Assembly: GCA_963813155.1 (NCBI GenBank)
Contig: CAWEYG010000001.1
Span: 512,001 to 576,000 of the forward strand
DNA from: an uncultured Acidobacteriota bacterium
GTDB lineage: Bacteria; Acidobacteriota; Thermoanaerobaculia; UBA5066; DATFVB01
Direction: 5' to 3'
DNA length: 64,000 nucleotides
Positions within the stretch are counted from its first letter, which is position 1, and each line of letters begins with the position of its first letter. Shown here piece by piece: positions 57,988-64,000 of the stretch. The translations under genes were made by a program, and so were the position numbers. Below the pieces are notes generated by a model. That model was not told the DNA's origin, ran no database searches, and was given only the letters and a program-made list of their open reading frames with translations.

Positions 57988-59655
57988 CTCGACCTCGCCA
58001 TCGCCCCGGAAAAGTTTTCGCCCGGCTTGAGCCTCGGCATCTCCGGCGCGTTCGAAACCGCTTCGGCGAGCCGCAAGACGAGCTCGCCCTCCTGGACCGC
58101 GCCCGAGAGGTCCCAGTCGGCGTGGAACTCGTCGGAGGGCTGGTGGTAATGGTTGTCGTTGAAATCGTTGAACAGCTTTTCGCCGTAGGCCGCGTCGTGC
58201 CCGGCGAAGAGCCAGCCGTGCTCGACGTTGAGGGCGGCGACGCCCGCCTTCGCGAAATTGAAGTGGTCCGACCGGAAATACGAGCCCTGCTCCGGGTGGG
58301 CGTCCGGATCGAGCGTGATCCGCATTGTCTTCGCGACGCCCGCCGCGAGCGGGCCGAGAGTCGTCTTCTCGAGGCCGAGAAGGATGAAGTCGCGGCTCCG
58401 GCCGTAAACGGACGTCTCGTCCATGTTGAAGTTCGCGGCGACGCGGTTCGCCGGGACCGGAAGGTGCTTCGCCGCGTAGGCCGAGCCGACGAGGCCCTGC
58501 TCTTCGGCCGTGACCGAGAGAAACAGCAGGGATCGCTTCGGCCTCCAGTGGCCGTCGGCGGCCGCGCGCGCCAGCTCGATCAGCAGCGAGACGCCCGAGG
58601 CGTTGTCGACGGCGCCGTTGTAGATCGTGTCGCCCCGCGAATCCGGCGCGCCGATCCCGAGGTGGTCGAAATGCGCCGTCAGGGCGATGAACGTGTTCTT
58701 CCGGGCCGGATCGCTGCCGTCGAGGATGCCGGCGACGTTGACGGTCTTGTACCGCCGAATCTTGAAGGTCAGGTCCCCGCGGGCCCGGCTCGGGTCGAGC
58801 GGGACCGGCCGGAAGCCCGGTTTCCCCGCGGCCGTGATCATCTCGTCCAGGCTCTTCCCGTTGTCGCCGAACAGCCGGCCCGCCACCTCGCGCGTGATCC
58901 AGCCGTTCAGCGGAAGGTCCTCCGCCCCGGCGTCGAGCGGCAGCTGCGCCTGCTCGCCGGACCAGGAGTTGTGCACGACCTGCCAGCCGTACCCCGCCGA
59001 TTCGTCGGTGTGGACGAGGAGGATTCCGGCCGCGTGGTGCCGGGCCGCCTCTTCGTACTTGTAGGTCCAGCGGCCGTAGTACGTGAGCGCCTTGCCGCCG
59101 AAGAATTTCGGATCGCTCGACGGGGGGTCGTTGACGAGACAGATCAGAAGCTTTCCGCGCGCGTCGAAATCCTTGTAGTCGTCCCATTTCATATCCGGGG
59201 CGGTGATTCCGTACCCGACGAAAACGATCGGCGCGTCGATGGCCGCCTTCGGCTGCTGGTTGCGCGTCGAGAGCACCGAGTTCGCGCCGTTCGAAAGCTC
59301 GATTTTCCCCTTCGGCGTCTCGAGCGTGAGCGCGCTGGCAGGGTCCGTCGAGATACCGACCATCTCGAAGTTCTGAAGGTAGGTGCCGTCGTCGCCGGCA
59401 GGGCGAAGTCCGTTCTCCGCAAATTCGGACGCGATGTAGCTCGCCGCGATCGCCGAACCCCGGGCCCCGGTTCCGCGGCCCTCGAGCAGGTCGTCCGCAG
59501 AGGAAACGGATTCGCGCGGAGATTCGCTTCGCGGAGAGCGCCGACACCGCGCGCCCGAGCGCGCCGTCCGCCGGCTTGTCCGCGGACGAAGCGCCGATCG
59601 TCGACAGCAGTGCGCCGCCGAGAAGCGCCGAGAGAACCGGCCGAGGAAATTGCAT
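57984..59655 (-). CDS. M28 family peptidase with PA domain, frameshifted near 59500
   Basis: ADDLLEGRGTG, VFVGYGI, TYYGRWTYKYEEA, TAHFDHLG, NGAVDNASG, TAEEQGL, FRSDH, YHQPSD. Confidence 0.93.
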
Positions 59656-59734
59656 CGAAACCTCCGGCCCCGGATTCTACAGAAACCTCCCGATCGCCGC
59701 GCGGGAACCGCTATCATCGCGGCGGAGGTGACCG

Positions 59735-60196
59735 ATGGCGCAGGAAGAGGGAAAGGCCCCCCACATTTACGCGATGGACGTCGCGTGGGACGGCGACGGC
59801 GCGGGAACGGGCATTCTCCGCGCGCCCGACAACTCGTTCAACCTGTCCATCGGCGGCTCGACGGACCTCGGCGGATGCGGAAAAGGAGCCAATCCGGAGC
59901 AGCTCCTTCTCGCCGCGGTGGGCTCGTGCTTCATCTCGACGTGGGCGATCTTCCTGAAAAAGCTCGCCATTCCCTACGCCGAACCTTCCCTTTCGCTGCG
60001 CTGCTGGCTCGTTGCCGACCCCGCCGGAGGATTCAAGGTCGAAAAGATCGAGATCTCCTGCGCCGTGCCGCAGCCGCTGCTCGAGAGCCGGCGCGCGGAA
60101 GTCGAGAAGACGGTCAAGCTGGCCGAAAAGTACTGCATCATCTCGAAAGTCGCGCGCGCCGCGATGCCCGTCGAAGTCTCGATCCGGGAGACCTGA
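59735..60196 (+). CDS. OsmC family protein
   Basis: NPEQLLLAAVGSCF...AEKYCIISK. Confidence 0.92.
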   Translation: MAQEEGKAPHIYAMDVAWDGDGAGTGILRAPDNSFNLSIGGSTDLGGCGKGANPEQLLLAAVGSCFISTWAIFLKKLAIPYAEPSLSLRCWLVADPAGGFKVEKIEISCAVPQPLLESRRAEVEKTVKLAEKYCIISKVARAAMPVEVSIRET

Positions 60197-60246
60197 GGTC
60201 TCGATCCAGCAGACCTGTTTTCCAGGTCTCGATCCAGCAGACGTGA
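60176..60246. repeat. three tandem copies of GTCTCGATCCRGSAGAC
   Basis: Copies start at 60176 (inside the osmC 3' end), 60198 and 60226. Confidence 0.8.
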
Positions 60247-60256
60247 TTTCTCCGCA

Positions 60257-60283
60257 AAACCTTTTCTCCGCTTTTGCGTCCTA
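60257..60283 (+). promoter_or_regulatory. candidate ECF sigma promoter (AAC-N16-CGTC)
   Basis: AAAC-N16-CGTCCTA before the DUF5916 gene RBS. Confidence 0.55.
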
Positions 60284-60300
60284 AGGGAAAAGGAGCACGC

Positions 60301-62543
60301 ATGCCGAAGGCCTCTCTCCGGGCTCTCGCGCTCTTCCTGGCGGTTTCCGCGAAAGCGTTCGCCCTGCCGGAGCCGGCGCCTCCGGTCGCGGTCCCGCGGA
60401 CCTCCTCCCCGATCACCGTGGACGGGCGGCTGACCGATCCGGGCTGGAAGGACGCCGCCGTGATCGACAAGTTCTGGGAGAACTTCCCCGGCGACAACGT
60501 CGAGCCGAAGGTCAAGACGATCGTGCGGCTCACCTACGACGACCGCTTCTTCTACATCGGCCTCGATTGCCGCGACCCGCATCCGGAGAAAATCCGCGCG
60601 CCCTACGTCGACCGGGACAACGTGCTCGGCACGGACGACAACGTCGCGGTCTTCCTCGACACGCGCGGCGACCGCCGCTCCGCGATCGAGTTCCGCGTGA
60701 ACCCGCGCGGCATCCAGGGCGACGCCAGCTGGAACGACGCGAACGGCAACGAGGATTTCTCGCCCGACTTCTTCTACGACACGGCCGCGGAGATCACCGA
60801 GACGGGCTGGACCGCCGAGATGCGAATTCCGTTCTCCTCCCTGCGCTACCCGAAGAAGGACATCCAGCAGTGGGACATCCTCGTCTGGAGGAATTATCCG
60901 CGGGAGTATCGCTACGCCTTCTACAACACTCCCGTCGCGCAGACCTCGAACTGCCTCACCTGCCACGGCGTCCCGCTGACGGGGATCACCGGGCTGCCCG
61001 GACAGCGGGCACCTCGTCGTCGCGCCGTACGGCACCCTGAAGGAAGAGGGGCTTCCGAGAAACGACCTCGGGTCCGACCTCGTGAACCGCCCGATCCGGG
61101 GAAACGGCGGCCTCGACGTGAAGTGGACCCCGAACGCGAACACGGTGGTCGACGGCACGATCAACCCCGACTTCTCCCAGGTGGAATCGGACGTCGGCCA
61201 GATCAGCGTGAACAGCCGCTTCGCGCTGTTCTTTCCCGAGAAGCGGCCGTTCTTTCTCGAGGGCGTGGACCTCTTCGACACGCCGATCCAGGCGGTCTAC
61301 ACCCGGACGATCACGTCGCCGCGCTGGGGAGCGCGCGTCACCGGGAAAGCTCGATTCGTCCAGCTACACTCTTCTCGTTTCGGAGGACCGCGGCGGCGGG
61401 AGCGTCATCGTTCCGGGGCCGACGTCTTCGAGCCTCGAACCGCAGGACTTCCACTCGATCACCGCGATCGGAAGAATCCGGCAGGACGTCGGAGCGTCGT
61501 TCGGCGGCTTGCTCTTCACGGACCGCGAAGTCGAAGGGGGCGGCCACAACCGCGTGATCGGTCCCGATTTTCAGTGGCGGCCCACGGACAAAGACCAGCT
61601 GACCGGACAGTTTCTCGTGACCGACACGCAGACGCCGAATCTGCCGGACATCACTCCCGAATGGAACGGAGACCGGTTCTCCTCGAGGGCGATTTTCCTC
61701 TCCTGGCTCCATACCGGCCCGCACTGGACGTTCCGCTCGACGTACCAGGACCTGGGCGACGGGTTCCGGGCGGACGACGGGTTCGTGCCGCAGGTCGGCT
61801 TCCGCGAAGTGCGGCAGTTCGTCGGCTACACGTTCTTCTCCCAGACGGGATTCTTCGGCAGGCTCCAGCCGCTTTTCCTCGTCGATTATTTCTCCTCCCC
61901 GAGCGGAGACCTGATCACGCGCAAGACCTCTCCCGGCCTGTTCTTCCTCGGGCGGCTCAACCTGAACGGCGAGATCGATTTGAATTGGCGGGAGAAAGAT
62001 CGCATCGGCTCGAAAGTTCTCGAAACGACGAGCGTCGCCTATTTCGTCCAGTTCGACCCGGACCGAAGGCTCTCCCGGATCACGCTTCAGGGCTACCTCG
62101 GCGAGGGGACCGACGTCGCGAACGTGCGCGTCGGGCACGGCGGCGACGTCAACCTGGCGGCGACGATCAAGCCGACGGACCATCTCCAGCTCGAATTCAA
62201 CGGCGACCGGCAGTGGCTCGACGTCGACTCCGGCGGCCGGAGCGGACGCCTGTTTACGGCGCAGATCGAGCGGTTGAAGGCGACGTACAACTTCAGCGCG
62301 AAGATGTTCGTGCGCGTCATCGGGCAGTACCTGCAGGTGGATGCCGACCCGTCGCTCTACACCGACGACGTGCCGAAGCGCAGCGGCGGCTTCGACGGCT
62401 CCGCGCTTTTTTCCTACAAGCTCAACTGGCAGACCGTGCTGTTCCTCGGTTACGGCGACAGCCGCGTGCTCGACGACCACACGAATCTTCTGCGCGCGAA
62501 CCGCCAGTTCTTCCTGAAGGTCTCCTACGCGTTCCAGACCTGA
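60301..62543 (+). CDS. CBM9-like + DUF5916 outer-membrane protein, several frameshifts (about 61000-61035 and 61350)
   Basis: ITVDGRLTDPGW, EFRVNPRGIQGD, AEMRIPFSSLRY, TINPDFSQVESD, FFPEKRPFFLEG, C-terminal FFLKVSYAF. Confidence 0.9.
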
Positions 62544-62567
62544 AGTACCCCTCAGCCGAAATCGTCC

Positions 62568-64000
62568 CTACTGGATGTTCACTCCACCGCTGGCGGATCC
62601 CGTGATGGAAACCGCTCCTGAGGCGGACGTCGAGTAGACCATCAACAGCCGGGTCTGCGCCGTCACGGGGATGCTCAAGCCCGTCGTGATCCCACTCACG
62701 GTCGTTCCGCTGGGAAGGAAACCCGTGAGCGGCGGGGAGAGAACTACGGCCGCGCCCGGAATCGGAACAAACAGGTTGGGCGTCGTCGACTCGTAGAGCT
62801 CGGCCGTGATCGTCGCGGGTCCAGAGAGCAGCAGGGGCGTCGTCGTGCTGAAGAATCCCGAGATCGACGTGATCGTCCCGTCCCGAGGCAGCGAAAACGC
62901 GAGGTTCGGCTGCGACGTGAGGTCGATAAACGGAGGAAACGGAGAGAACCCGCCGCTCGCGGAGCCTCCGAAGCCCACGAAGGCGGCCGAGCTGGAGAGC
63001 CCGCCGGCATCCGTCGCCATTGTGATCGCGCCGTTCGAGGCGAACGGAATGATCGCCCCGGCACCCGCCGGCCCCGTCGGTCCGGTCGGTCCTGTCGATC
63101 CGGCGACGCCCGTCGAACCCGTTGGCCCCGTCGGACCGGCCGCGCCCGTGGGACCGGTCGGGCCCGTGGCTCCCGTGACGCCGGTCGGGCCCGTCGGACC
63201 AATGGAACCCGTCGGGCCGGTCGCACCGGTGCCCCCTGTTGGCCCTGTGCCGCCCGAGGGTCCGGTCGGTCCGGTGGGACCTGCCGGGCCGGTTGGCCCC
63301 GTCCGTCCGGTCGGACCGGTGGGCCCTGTCGGCCCCGAGGGCCCGGCGGCTCCCGTGGGTCCCGTCGCGCCGCTGACCCCTGTCGGTCCGGTTGGACCTG
63401 TCGCGCCCTCGAGCGCAATGAGATCCCAATCCGCCGTGTCGGCCGCCGGGTTGCCAGCGTTGCATCCCGCGACGTTTTTGCAGAAGTAGCTGGAGCCCAG
63501 GTACTGGACCGCGTCGCGAAAGTTGTACGCAGTGTTCGTCCACGTTCCCTGCCAGTTGATCCCGACGGGGCCGGTCGGTCCCGTGGAACCCGCCGGCCCG
63601 GTCGGGCCCGTCACGCCCGGGATTCCCTGGATGCCCGGGTTCCCCTGCGGTCCCGGGTTTCCCCTCGGCCCTTGCGGTCCGTCGTTTCCCGGAGCTCCCT
63701 TCGGTCCCGTGGGGCCCGTCGGCCCGGTGGGTCCGTTTCCGAGCCCCGATTGAAAAAGCATTTCAAAGCCCGAGCCATCGTTGCTCTCGTTCGCGATCTG
63801 CGCTCCCGCGAAAATCACGCTGCCGGAAGGAGAGGCGCTGCCGAGCGTCGAGTCGACCGGAACGAGCACGGTTCCCACGAGCCGCGCGTTCGTGGTGGCA
63901 ATGTTCGGAACGATGTCCGCGATGTTCGTCTGGAAGTGTTCGAACCCGCCGAGCGGATAATTCTTCGTTCCGAGAATGTTGCCGAGGCCGTCGAGCACGG
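62568..64000 (-). CDS. collagen-like (GPT repeat) protein with BclB-type C-terminal domain, 5' end outside window
   Basis: Long GPT/GAT triplet tracts; AIIPFAS...FVGFG...[16 protein letters not shown]...ITAELYES...[22 protein letters not shown]. Confidence 0.9.
   Translation of the reverse strand, partial: VLDGLGNILGTKNYPLGGFEHFQTNIADIVPNIATTNARLVGTVLVPVDSTLGSASPSGSVIFAGAQIANESNDGSGFEMLFQSGLGNGPTGPTGPTGPKGAPGNDGPQGPRGNPGPQGNPGIQGIPGVTGPTGPAGSTGPTGPVGINWQGTWTNTAYNFRDAVQYLGSSYFCKNVAGCNAGNPAADTADWDLIALEGATGPTGPTGVSGATGPTGAAGPSGPTGPTGPTGRTGPTGPAGPTGPTGPSGGTGPTGGTGATGPTGSIGPTGPTGVTGATGPTGPTGAAGPTGPTGSTGVAGSTGPTGPTGPAGAGAIIPFASNGAITMATDAGGLSSSAAFVGFGGSASGGFSPFPPFIDLTSQPNLAFSLPRDGTITSISGFFSTTTPLLLSGPATITAELYESTTPNLFVPIPGAAVVLSPPLTGFLPSGTTVSGITTGLSIPVTAQTRLLMVYSTSASGAVSITGSASGGVNIQ

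Noticed and set aside
60176-60246. Possible mini-CRISPR array
   Set aside because: Only three ~20-bp units with 2-8 nt gaps, no spacers of CRISPR length and no cas genes.
63060-63740. 9-bp periodic DNA repeats
   Set aside because: Fully explained by Gly-Pro-Thr collagen coding with synonymous variation.

Overview
High-GC (roughly 65-70%, estimated by eye) bacterial chromosome segment with about 65 genes. Gene content suggests Acidobacteriota, possibly Thermoanaerobaculia (inference). It is mostly housekeeping and envelope genes: class II RNR nrdJ with tandem NrdR boxes, an ErpA/IscA-type Fe-S carrier, phosphoketolase, DDAH, two M28 peptidases, DUF885, a VPS10/BNR hydrolase, an arnB/arnT/wzm/wzt surface-glycan locus, a radical SAM DNA-repair protein, rnd, glpD and OsmC. 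More than 15 genes carry single-base frameshifts, which most likely reflect uncorrected long-read indels. I found no tRNA, rRNA, CRISPR array, transposase or integrase. Unexplained structure worth following up: (i) a boxC-like palindromic repeat family, with one copy inside the reading frame of an MFS transporter and another supplying an RBS; (ii) a cluster of three palindromic repeat types followed by a lower-GC patch with degenerate integron attC sites; (iii) many TAnnnT boxes 6-7 nt before start codons (leaderless genes), including a 17-bp bidirectional promoter; (iv) two tiny unannotated proteins, an Arg-rich DRR-repeat candidate c-di-GMP binder and a CPVP-ending membrane peptide coupled to DoxX; (v) a GPT-collagen protein with a Bacillus exosporium BclB-type C-terminal domain.
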